From IMG/VR virus record IMGVR_UViG_3300031555_004779: 64,000 bases of DNA; one strand, given 5' to 3'. Source of the stretch: a virus (Duplodnaviria > Heunggongvirae > Uroviricota > Caudoviricetes). The notes beneath the pieces are model-generated. The model saw nothing but the letters and a program-made list of their open reading frames with translations. It was not told where the DNA came from and searched no databases. Below, one piece after another: positions 1 through 9,461 of the stretch. Within the stretch, counting starts at the first letter, position 1. The number at the start of each line of letters is the position of its first letter. The position numbers and the translations under genes are program-made.

Positions 1-1
1 C

Positions 2-808
2 TATGATGGTAATGGTAGTTTTGAACGAGCCAATGCCGCTCTTCAACATTACAAAACAAATTATGACCCAAATATGAGTCAAAATACAAAAGTTACTATT
101 GCTCCAGAAAATTTAGAAAATTTTAATGTTATTGTAGATTATTTTTCTGAAAGTAATATTGATGTAATTTTTGCCAATCCAATTTATGAAGCGAATTGGA
201 CTGTTGAACATGCTAAAATTTATTATAAAGAACTAAAAAAATTAGCAGATAAAATGTTAAACAATAGCAATATTTATTGCTCAAGATTTAGTGAATTAGC
301 ATATCGACCTCATTATACTACTGAAAATAGTAATTGGTGCGGTGGTACTGGACATATGTTGGCTTTTGATCCAGATGGTAATGCTTATCCTTGTCTTCGT
401 TATATGGAAAGCTCTTTAGGAGGCTCTCAACCCCCTCTTATTGTTGGTAATGTAGATGAAGGTATTTATAATACCGACGAATCTTTAAAACTTCAAAAAG
501 AATTAACCAATATAACTCGCCGTTCTCAATCTACAGATGAATGTTTTCATTGCCCAATCGCAGCTGGATGTGCATGGTGTTCTGCTTGGAATTATCAAGA
601 AAATGGCTCAGTAAATAAACGTAGCACAAATATTTGTTGGATGCATCGTGCAGAAGCTATAGTTAACGTTTATTATTGGAATATGAAATATATAAAAGAA
701 GGAAGAGAAAAAAGATTTCCTTTTTATTTAGAGCAAAAATATGCTTTAGAAATTATAGATGAAGATGAATATAATCATTTATTAGCTTTATCTTTTTGTA
801 TGGAGTGA
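2..808 (+). CDS. Radical SAM/SPASM peptide maturase, CXXX-repeat target family-like (5' end outside window)
   Basis: Frame is open from position 2 (YDGNGSFERANAAL..., a typical rSAM DGxGSF segment). C-terminal SPASM-type Cys pattern WCGGTG...DGNAYPC...CFHCPIAAGCAWC...IC. Lies directly upstream of CXXX-repeat proteins. Confidence 0.85.
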   Translation, partial: YDGNGSFERANAALQHYKTNYDPNMSQNTKVTIAPENLENFNVIVDYFSESNIDVIFANPIYEANWTVEHAKIYYKELKKLADKMLNNSNIYCSRFSELAYRPHYTTENSNWCGGTGHMLAFDPDGNAYPCLRYMESSLGGSQPPLIVGNVDEGIYNTDESLKLQKELTNITRRSQSTDECFHCPIAAGCAWCSAWNYQENGSVNKRSTNICWMHRAEAIVNVYYWNMKYIKEGREKRFPFYLEQKYALEIIDEDEYNHLLALSFCME

Positions 809-813
809 TATAA

Positions 814-1551
814 ATGGCTTTATCGACTGGAGAAAAAATTACTGCCTCTGATTATATTAATTTAAAAAATAGAGTCAAAGAGGAAATGAAAAGAAGAAAA
901 TATATTGGAAGTTTAACTGCTTATGCTGGAAGCTCTTATGATTATACTATCGTTCCTGCTTCAGGAGTTTCTATCGCAGCCGAGCATCAAGCCAAAATTG
1001 TTACTCCAATGCGAGCAGTTAATGGAACTACAGTAGGAACTACAGCGGCGAGCAGAGGCAACGCCGCTGTTTCTATATCTAATTTAGATACAATACTTAC
1101 TAAATTTGAATCCAAAGCCTTAACTCCTGGTTCTACTGATTGTGCTTCTTCTTGTAGTGGTTTATGCCATACTGAATGTGGTAATACTTGTAAAGGATGC
1201 TCTGGAACTTGCGAAGGCTCTTGTAAAGATACGTGTACTGGTTCTTGTACAGGTGATTGTACAGGTGATTGCTCTGGTACTTGCACTGGTTGCAGTGGTT
1301 CTTGTAGTGGTGGTTGTACCAGTTGTAGTGGAACTTGCAGTGGTGGATGTTCAGGTAGTTGTTCTGGCGGTTGTTCTAGCTGCAGCGGCTCTTGTAGTGG
1401 TGGTTGTACAAATGATTGTACTTCTTGTAAAGGTTGCAGCGGAACTTGTAGTGGAGGATGTAAAGGCGGATGTGATGGATGTACTGGCTGTTCTAATGCC
1501 TGTTTTACAAATTGTTATTCCACTTGCTATGGAAAAGCAATTACTACTTAA
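814..1551 (+). CDS. CXXX/CXX-repeat Cys-rich protein 1 (putative rSAM modification substrate), 245 aa
   Basis: About 108-aa N-terminal domain followed by about 35 Cys spaced every 3-4 residues with G/S/T. Ends [16 protein letters not shown]. No in-frame TAG. Confidence 0.9.
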   Translation: MALSTGEKITASDYINLKNRVKEEMKRRKYIGSLTAYAGSSYDYTIVPASGVSIAAEHQAKIVTPMRAVNGTTVGTTAASRGNAAVSISNLDTILTKFESKALTPGSTDCASSCSGLCHTECGNTCKGCSGTCEGSCKDTCTGSCTGDCTGDCSGTCTGCSGSCSGGCTSCSGTCSGGCSGSCSGGCSSCSGSCSGGCTNDCTSCKGCSGTCSGGCKGGCDGCTGCSNACFTNCYSTCYGKAITT

Positions 1552-1576
1552 TAAATAATTAAGGAGGTTTGTTTAT

Positions 1577-2110
1577 ATGGATATTTCTCATGTCTAGATA
1601 CAAAATTCTATTTTTTTAAGAAAAGATTTAAATAAAGAGGATATAGAAAAATATTTAAAATCTGAAAGGGCAAAAGGTTCAGTAGAAAAATATCCTTTTA
1701 AAATCTTTTTTAACTTATTTCGTTCTGATGAAGCAGATAAGATTGAAGATAATTATAATTACGCTTTAAAAAATATTAAAGTTTTTTTAGATTGTTGCGA
1801 TAACGCGGAAGAATATAGCGAAGAAGATATTAATCTTTTTTCCTTATATTTTAGTATAAAAAATAATTAGATAAGTCTTGAAAATTCTAAAAAATATTTA
1901 AAATTTATAGATGATAAATTTGTTAAATATAAAACTGATAAAGAAATTTCTTTGTGGTTTCAAGAAGAAATAGAGCTTAATAGAATAAATTTATATTCCA
2001 TTGATATAGAAAAGTATTTAGATGGCACTATTACACGGCTTTTAGAAGAAAATGCAGAATTAATTTCTAATCATAATAATAATTTATTATATGAATACGA
2101 ATCTAATTAA
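1577..2110 (+). CDS. Hypothetical protein in rSAM cluster, 177 aa (needs TAG=Gln)
   Basis: RBS AAGGAGG at 1561-1567, ATG 1577, two in-frame TAG, TAA at 2108-2110. Absent from the code-11 ORF track. Confidence 0.7.
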
Positions 2111-2573
2111 ACTGTCAAACGATTTATTCTCTTTTAATAATAGTTGCCATCTTGATATAATAAAAGAAGAATATAATCTTAAAGGAACTATCAATTCTCT
2201 TTTTAATTCTATTCTACCGCAAGAAAATTTAAAATATTCTTTTTCTTAGAGAGAATCGTTTTATAATAACATTTTAAAACAACTAGAATTAAAATATACT
2301 GAAAAAGAAAATATTATTATATTGTTATTTTGTTTGCTTCGTTCTTATGGTAGTGCACTTGAAGAACAAATGGATAATATAATTAAAAAATATTAGATTA
2401 TTCAAAATTATAAAAGTACTATAAAATATTTAAATTATATTAAATATCAAGTAGAATTTCAAATATTCTGTTTTATAGTACTTTCTTCTGAAAAAGAATA
2501 TCCTCAAGAATTTATCTCTTTTATAAAAGAACAAGTAGATAAAGGTAATATTATTTTTAAAAATTATTGTTAA
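2091..2573 (+). CDS. Hypothetical protein in rSAM cluster, 160 aa (needs TAG=Gln)
   Basis: ATG 2091 overlaps the previous gene, two in-frame TAG, TAA 2571-2573 just before the RBS of the next gene. Fills an otherwise empty gap. Confidence 0.65.
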
Positions 2574-2588
2574 ACTAGGAGGGATTCT

Positions 2589-3206
2589 ATGGGCTTGCTT
2601 GCTGGAGATAGTATTTCTCCTTCTGATTTTATAACTCTTAAAGAAAAAATTAAAAATATTATGCTTAATAAAAGAGTTTACTACGGTTCATTAGTAGAAT
2701 ACGGTGGAAAAGAATATGATTATGAAAACGATCCAACTACTAATGGAATAATTTACGCTGAGCACCAAAATAAAATTGTTATTCCAATGCGCGCTATAAC
2801 TACTAATAATGTAGACGCTATAGCAGAAAAAAATGATAAAATCATTTCTTTGCAAAATATAAGTACTATAATCGACGCTTTTGATGCAAAAAAAGCCACT
2901 TCTTCAGTTAAAGATTGTCAAAACTATTGCAGTGGATTGTGTGTAACTTAGTGTAGTACTGGTTGCACTGGTTGTAGCAATGATTGCGCAAAAAATTGTG
3001 GATCAAATTGTAGCGGTGGATGTGAAGGATGCGAAGGATGCAGTGGTTGTGGTGGAGCATGTTCAAGTGGATGCACTAGTGAATGCGGTGGCAGCTGCCG
3101 TGGATGCACTCATTCTTGTACTGGAGGATGTACTTCTGACAATTGTACTAATGGCTGTTTTACTAATTGCTATTCAACATGCTATGGCAAAGCGGTAACA
3201 GTTTAA
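2589..3206 (+). CDS. CXXX-repeat Cys-rich protein 2, 205 aa (one TAG read as Gln)
   Basis: RBS AGGAGG. N-domain paralogous to protein 1 (EHQNKIVIPMRA vs [12 protein letters not shown]). The frame continues past TAG 2949-2951 into CXXX repeats and ends [19 protein letters not shown], nearly identical to the end of protein 1. Confidence 0.9.
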
Positions 3207-3242
3207 TTTAATAATATTATTACAATTAAGAGGTTAAATATT

Positions 3243-3896
3243 ATGGCAAATAAAGAAATGCAAGCTTCTGATTTTATAGAATTAAAAGAAGCTATTAAAA
3301 ATGAACTTCAAAATAGAAGAAAATATTCTCCAAATTTATCAGGAAAAGCAAAAGATTTCCCTGATGGAGACCCAGTAAAAAATGGAAAAGTTCTGGCGCA
3401 ACATTAGAATACAATTGTAGATTAGATAAAAGAAATTACTACAACAAATGTTGATGAAAGAGCAGTTGCGAAAAAAAATAAAGTTCTTTCTTTAAACAAT
3501 TTGAAAACTATTATAAATGGATTAATAGCTTACCCTATTTATAATAATCGTCAAGGCGGATATTGTACTAATAGTACCTGTGCTGGATTATGTTTTAATA
3601 CTTGTGGTAATACTTGTGATGATTCTTGCACTGGAACTTGTACTGGCACTTGTACTGGAGAATGTAAAGGTGGCTGTGGTAGCGGTTGTTCTAGCACCTG
3701 CACTGGTGGTTGCTCAGGTGGTTGCAGTGGATGTGGAGGTTGTGACAACACTTGTACTAGTAGCTGTGGAGGAAAAAGATGCGGCTCATGTAGTGGTACA
3801 TGTAAAAGTAGTTGCGCGCCTGATAATTGTACAAATAGTTGTATAGTTGTATGCCAAATTACATGTAAAAATAATGGAGGGCCATATAATTCCTAA
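3243..3896 (+). CDS. CXXX-repeat Cys-rich protein 3, 217 aa (two TAG read as Gln)
   Basis: ATG 3243 (MANKEMQASDFIELKEAIKNELQNRRKY, paralogous to [20 protein letters not shown]). TAGs at 3405 and 3423. In frame with the Cys-rich ORF 3501..3896. Confidence 0.88.
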
Positions 3897-3905
3897 TTAT
3901 AAAAT

Positions 3906-3934
3906 TTGACAAATCTCAAAATTTCATATATAAT
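3906..3934 (+). promoter_or_regulatory. Sigma70/SigA consensus promoter
   Basis: TTGACA-N17-TATAAT upstream of the 3993 ORF. Confidence 0.85.
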
Positions 3935-3992
3935 ATAAACATAAATAAACGGTCTTGAAAAAGACTTTGAGGAAAAGGAGTAATTAAAACAT

Positions 3993-5498
3993 ATGACTAT
4001 GTTAAATGCATTAAAAGGAAACTACAATATCTCTCGTACTGAAAATGGTGGTGTTACTCATAAGTCCACCCTTAATGGTGTACTTGACCTATTTGCTATG
4101 GGTGCGGCATATCGTAAGCGCACGGATGAAGATTGTATTCTTCTATTTAAGAAGGCATATGATATGAGTCCTAAGTATGCTCTTAAGTGTCTATTCTATA
4201 TTCGTGACGTACGTGGCGGCCAGGGCGAACGCCGTTTCTTCCGCACTTGTATGAAGTGGCTTGCACAGCATGACCCTGTTGCTGTAAAGCGCAACATGAG
4301 CTATTTTAGCGAATATGGTCGTTGGGATGATTTGTATTGTCTTGTTGGAACTTGTCTTGAAAAGGAAGCTTTTGCTATTCTTCGTGACCAGCTTCTACTT
4401 GATATGACTTGTGAAACTCCTTCTTTGTGCGCAAAGTGGGTAAAGAGCGAAAATACTTCTTCTCATGAATCTCGTTATCTTGCTTCTAAAACTCGCGCTG
4501 CACTTGACATGGACCACAAGCATTATCGTAAAATGCTTTCTATCCTGCGCGCTCGCATTAATGTTCTTGAACGTCTAATGTCTGCTAACAAGTGGGAAGA
4601 AATCAAGTTCGATAAGATTCCTTCTAAGGCAGGTTTGATTTACAAGAATGCTTTTGCTCGTCGTGATATCATTAAGGAAAAGTATGCTAAGTTTGCTAAG
4701 GATACTACCACCAAGGTAAACGCCGCGACTCTTTATCCTTATGAAGTTGTTGAGAAGGCAATCAATAATTCTCGTTATTATTATAATGATACCGACCGCG
4801 CCATGATTAATAAGTATTGGGAGAACCTTACTGATTACTTCAATGGTGCCACTTTCAATGCAATCGCTATGGTTGATACTAGTGGTAGTATGATGGGCAC
4901 TCCTATGAACGTTGCCATTTCTCTTGGTCTGTATTGTGCTGAGCGCATGAAGGGTCCTTTCCACAATCATTACATTTCCTTCAGCTCTCGTCCTCAGTTG
5001 ATTGAGTGCCAGGGTATTGATTTTGTGGACAAGGTAAAGAGAATTTATTCTACCAACCTTTGCGAAAATACTAACATTGAAGCCGCGTTTGATATGCTTT
5101 TAGATACTGCTATTCGCAATCGTATTCCTCAGCATGAAATGCCGCAGAATGTTATTGTAATTTCCGACATGGAATTTGACGCCGCAACTAGTGATACTAT
5201 GGGATGGTTCTATGGAAGCAGTCGCCGACATAATGGTAGCTCAATGAACTCTGCAAATGCCGAAACCGTAATGGAAGGTGTAGCTCGTAAGTGGGCGCAG
5301 CATGGTTATGAATGTCCTCATGTTATCTACTGGAATGTAAACGCGCGAAATGATAATATTCCCGCACTTGGTGTTGGACGTATTTCTTTCGTAAGCGGTT
5401 TCTCTCCTAGCATCTTTAGCACCATTATGAGTGGCAAGGATGGAATTGACCTAATGCTTGATAAACTAAATAGTCAGCGTTATGCTCCTATTGAATAA
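3993..5498 (+). CDS. DUF2828-like protein (TROVE/Ro60-related helical domain plus C-terminal VWA domain)
   Basis: TENGG N-terminus, FYIRDVRGGQGERR, YGRWDDL, CAKW, VWA MIDAS DTSGSM, ISDMEFD, YWNV, VSGFSP. Confidence 0.8.
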   Translation: MTMLNALKGNYNISRTENGGVTHKSTLNGVLDLFAMGAAYRKRTDEDCILLFKKAYDMSPKYALKCLFYIRDVRGGQGERRFFRTCMKWLAQHDPVAVKRNMSYFSEYGRWDDLYCLVGTCLEKEAFAILRDQLLLDMTCETPSLCAKWVKSENTSSHESRYLASKTRAALDMDHKHYRKMLSILRARINVLERLMSANKWEEIKFDKIPSKAGLIYKNAFARRDIIKEKYAKFAKDTTTKVNAATLYPYEVVEKAINNSRYYYNDTDRAMINKYWENLTDYFNGATFNAIAMVDTSGSMMGTPMNVAISLGLYCAERMKGPFHNHYISFSSRPQLIECQGIDFVDKVKRIYSTNLCENTNIEAAFDMLLDTAIRNRIPQHEMPQNVIVISDMEFDAATSDTMGWFYGSSRRHNGSSMNSANAETVMEGVARKWAQHGYECPHVIYWNVNARNDNIPALGVGRISFVSGFSPSIFSTIMSGKDGIDLMLDKLNSQRYAPIE

Positions 5499-5504
5499 TA
5501 ATAC

Positions 5505-5527
5505 GCCCTGCGAAAGCAGGGCTTTTT
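5505..5527 (+). terminator. Intrinsic terminator
   Basis: GCCCTGC-GAAA-GCAGGGC followed by TTTTT. Confidence 0.85.
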
Positions 5528-5549
5528 CGTGTATAAAGAGGTAATTTAT

Positions 5550-7649
5550 ATGGCAAAAAATAAAAGAGGGTATATATCTGAGTTTTACCAATATCCGTTA
5601 AGCGGCGGCCCTTTTGTATATTATCAATCCTTACTTTCTAAACCTTCTTATGGAGCTAAACTTGTAGCTCGTTCTGCTTAGAAATATTTATTTGGAGCAT
5701 CAAATATTCTTAACAGAGAAAACTATCATCAAAGAATAAGTCAAGCACTTAATATTCTCAAAGCAAACGCAGATGAAGAAGCTCGCAAAGAAGCCCTATA
5801 TATGGCCACATTGGCTAAAAAATTAGATAAATACGGCGTTGTTGATTTACCAGATATAACAGAAGACCCTTACGGTTTTATTGTAAAATTAAATGAATTT
5901 TTACGAGGAGCAGAATCATTTAAGCAAGAACTCTTAAAAGAAAGAGAGCGTATTCATACTTATCGCACAGCTATAAATAGATATGGTTCCGCGAAAGAAG
6001 TAGCAAAAGTAATTAAAAACGGCGGCGACCAAGATTTTACTTCTGAATAGTTAGCTGATGCTTTACATAATATTTCTAACACCATAGAAGGCCGCAAAGG
6101 ACAATCAAGTTCTTTTACAACATATTCTTCTTCTATTCGTGATAATTCTTTAGCAGGTAAAATAGCAGAGGCAGTAATAAGTCGTTTAATTCAACTTCAT
6201 GGTCCTGAATTAATATAGGCTAATGGAAACCAATTTGTATTAAATGGTAGACAGGCTTATGCTATGACCACATTAATTGTAAATGAAATAGAACGCAAAA
6301 TTATAGCAAGTGGTGGACAAATTACACAAAAAACTGTTGATAATATTAGAAAATCTATTTTTGATAAAAATGATTCTTCTAGTATAAAACAATATGATAA
6401 CATTATAAATAAATACATGGAAGCTAGTGAATTTCACGCCGAATCTCTTAATTCCTTCACTGATGCTGTTGTAAATAATGACAAATATAAGAAAATGCTA
6501 GGTCCAAAAGGTAAATATGGTCGCGGTATTTTAAACAAACGTATTCGTCCTTTGAAAGAACTTATTTCAAAACAAAAAGTTTCAGAACAAGAAAAGAAAG
6601 ATATGAATATCGCATTAGAACAATTTAGTCGTGAATGGGCGGCCGCGGCATACGCTGCGCAACCTAAAGTTTATTTTACTGCAGAAGCTGATTTGGGAAC
6701 TTTGTTTAAAAAACATGGCGAGGTTTTATTTTCTGGTGGCTATGCTAAAGATGATATTGGCTCAATTGTTGTTTCTTACGAATTTGGAGATGACAAAAAA
6801 ACCAATTAGGCATTAAGTCATTTGGAAACAAAAATTAAACAAATTAACAGAAATGCTATGAAAAGTATGCGTTATAAAGAAGGTACTGCAAATGAATTTC
6901 TTAATAATGCTTTATATACTTTAGAAAGTTTAGAAGAAATGCAACAAGCTTATGAAGAAACTGCCGCTGAGCTTGAAATGAGTATTGAAGAACTAAAAGA
7001 ATTAGTACATACTTTTACTATACATGGTAACGTAAAAAGCTATGATACCATTGACGCAAAAACAGGTGCGTTTAGCGGCGGTAGTATTGGTAAAAATATT
7101 ACAGAGCAACTCACCAATTTTGCCAACCTTGTTAGTATTGCTGGTTTTGGAGGCGCTTATACAGACTATGATCAAGAATGGTTACTTACCGCAATAATTA
7201 ACACTGGTGAAGGATTACTTGGTAGAGGAAATAGAGAAGGGTTAGAAAAATATCTTTCGGCTTTTGCAGGAATGTTACTATTTGATGATGCCTATCTTAC
7301 TATTAGTGCTGGTGCAAATTAGTTAGTTAATTCTCTTGGCGGAACAACAGTAGATAAAATCCATTTGTATTCTCTTAATGGAACTATTGTACCTTGCTCT
7401 TTCGTTCTTTATGAAACCTATAAAAATTTAACCAAAGAATTAGCCGCTATTGGAAATGATTTCAGTGGAGAGCATGGAATAAAAGCAACTATTAAAGCGC
7501 GTGGTGCTATTGGCGGCCCTTTTACTAAACCAGAAGACTGGGCTGCGGAACGTGATGCAGCAATAGCCGCCGCAGACATATAGATTCAATTTATGGGGCA
7601 TTTTCTTGGTTTCTTAGATAATCTTGCCCATGCTATGAATCCAGGTTAA
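5550..7649 (+). CDS. Hypothetical 699-aa protein (six in-frame TAG; possibly virion/late protein)
   Basis: RBS GAGG and ATG 5550. Track ORFs 5802, 6264, 6822 and 7365 are all in this frame, separated only by TAG. Ends TAA 7647-7649. Confidence 0.85.
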
Positions 7650-7653
7650 TAAT

Positions 7654-7682
7654 TTGACTTTTTCTAAATTTTATTATATAAT
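7654..7682 (+). promoter_or_regulatory. Sigma70/SigA consensus promoter
   Basis: TTGACT-N17-TATAAT. Confidence 0.8.
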
Positions 7683-7709
7683 AAAAAAAAATAATAAAGG
7701 AGAATTCAA

Positions 7710-8735
7710 ATGAAATTTGAAAACACTGACGTTTGGGGCTTTGAACATGCCCTACGCGGAATGAGGAACCCAAAGGATAGTTGGCATTTAAGTGATAGCA
7801 AATATGATGAAAATGCTCCTTATGGTTACGCCATTGGTCCTAAAGATATGAAACTCGCCAAAGCTCTTATTCATGGCGGTCCAGAGCATCGCAAGTTTTT
7901 GAGACAGATTTTTGTTTCTGTAGATATTACTGCTCCACTTTATTGGTGGAAAGAATTTGATACATACAAAGTTGGTACAACTGCCAATTCTTGTAGCACG
8001 ATGCATAAGATTACTTCCAAACCAATTACATTAGAAAGTTTTGAAATTGATGATTTAATCAATTGGGATAAGGCTGATAATCTTTGTAAGTATTATTCAA
8101 ATGATGACAACTTTGCTGAAATGACATCGCTTGTAGATTGGCTAGAAAATCTCCGTCTTTCTTATCTTGAATGGAAAGAAAAAGAAAAGAATGCTCAAGA
8201 TAAGGAAGAACAAGAACGTTGTGAGTATAATGCCTATCTCATTTGGAAGGAACTTATCCGCTGGCTACCTGAAGGTTGGTTGCAGAAGCGTACTGTAACT
8301 ATGACCTATGAAAATCTTCATGCAATATGTTCTAAATCTCAGCGCTACTTCCATAAGCTAAATGAATGGAGCGGCCGCCGCAATAGTGAATTAGAAAATT
8401 TCATTGAATGGGTAAGAGAAGAAATTCCTTATTCGGAAGATTTTATTCTTTATCATGAAATTGAAGATGAAATTAAAAAACGTAATGAAAATGTTGAATA
8501 TGCTAAAACTTTCTTGTCTGGCTGTGTACCAATTATAATTTTTGTTGGTCGTAATAACAATACTTTTATAGAACATCATATTGCTCCGCCAAAACAGATT
8601 GAATTTGATATTTGGTTAGAAGCTATGACGGAAGTGGCTGATAAAAATATTAACGACAAAGAGAAAGAGTACCTCTTTATGATAATGAAAGATAGCGAAC
8701 TTATAATTGGATACAAAAAAAATGAGGAAGCCTAA
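7710..8735 (+). CDS. ThyX-like (flavin-dependent thymidylate synthase-related) phage protein with C-terminal extension
   Basis: Motif HRKFLRQIFVSVDITAPLYWWKEFDTYKVG...STMH and LPEGWLQKRTVTMTYENL...R..HKLNEW, typical of the phage ThyX-like family. Confidence 0.6.
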   Translation: MKFENTDVWGFEHALRGMRNPKDSWHLSDSKYDENAPYGYAIGPKDMKLAKALIHGGPEHRKFLRQIFVSVDITAPLYWWKEFDTYKVGTTANSCSTMHKITSKPITLESFEIDDLINWDKADNLCKYYSNDDNFAEMTSLVDWLENLRLSYLEWKEKEKNAQDKEEQERCEYNAYLIWKELIRWLPEGWLQKRTVTMTYENLHAICSKSQRYFHKLNEWSGRRNSELENFIEWVREEIPYSEDFILYHEIEDEIKKRNENVEYAKTFLSGCVPIIIFVGRNNNTFIEHHIAPPKQIEFDIWLEAMTEVADKNINDKEKEYLFMIMKDSELIIGYKKNEEA

Positions 8736-8752
8736 TGGCTTCCTCTTTTTTA
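8715..8752. terminator. Bidirectional intrinsic terminator between convergent genes
   Basis: A-run, GAGGAAGCC-TAAT-GGCTTCCTC, T-run. Confidence 0.8.
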
Positions 8753-8754
8753 TT

Positions 8755-9396
8755 TTATAGAAGAATGTTGGGAGCTGGAGTTTCAGCTTCGCCTTCTAAT
8801 TCAGCTTTTGCTAATTCATCTAACATAATATTAATATATTCATTCGCGGCCAAATTATCTTTGGACTTAGTAGTATATTCATTGCTTAAACGATCAAATT
8901 CTGCTTTGCGTTCTTTCTTCAAGTTGTTAATATAAGAAGTAATAGAAGGTTCGACTGGCAAAGAAGCATAAGCAGCCAAATTGGGCATATTACTAGATAA
9001 TTCTTTAATAGCAAAAACTTTTAGCTCTTTCATTTCAGCAGTTTGAGCGGGGAAACGACAAAGATCAGCTAAAAGATTACCATAAATTGACATAAGATTT
9101 TCTAATCTATTAATATCAGCATAATGCTTTTCCTTGACTTCTCCATAATGCCCATCGCGCTTTTCTTTTTGCTGTTCGGGAGTTAGAGAATCCATTTCCT
9201 GATAAAGATCTAAAGCTTCGTCAGTATCGTTGTTTAGCTTTTCTAATTCAGCACTAATATCAATAGTACTTTGAATAGGAGCAATTTCTTCTGGAGCGAG
9301 TTTCTTTAAAGGAGCAGCATTCCATGCACAAAGTTTTAAAAACTCTTTCCAGTCAATATCAGGATTATTGTTTAAATAATCTGTGTATTTAGACAT
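8755..9396 (-). CDS. Hypothetical protein (helical/coiled-coil)
   Basis: Open ORF. ATG at 9396 with GAGGTG RBS upstream. Confidence 0.75.
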   Translation of the reverse strand: MSKYTDYLNNNPDIDWKEFLKLCAWNAAPLKKLAPEEIAPIQSTIDISAELEKLNNDTDEALDLYQEMDSLTPEQQKEKRDGHYGEVKEKHYADINRLENLMSIYGNLLADLCRFPAQTAEMKELKVFAIKELSSNMPNLAAYASLPVEPSITSYINNLKKERKAEFDRLSNEYTTKSKDNLAANEYINIMLDELAKAELEGEAETPAPNILL

Positions 9397-9461
9397 TATT
9401 TTCACCTCAAATAATTGTTTTGTATATATTAATTGCTAAAAGCAATTATAAACGAATTAAA

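Noticed and set aside
1140..1540. CRISPR array or DNA tandem repeat
   Set aside because: The repetition is at the protein level (CXXX) with synonymous variation, with no fixed repeat-spacer structure.
987..3846. Val/Leu-rich and Gln/Pro-rich ORFs (987-1286, 1142-1558, 2980-3198, 3551-3751, 3580-3846)
   Set aside because: They are alternate-frame or antisense shadows of the TGT/GGT-rich Cys-Gly repeats.
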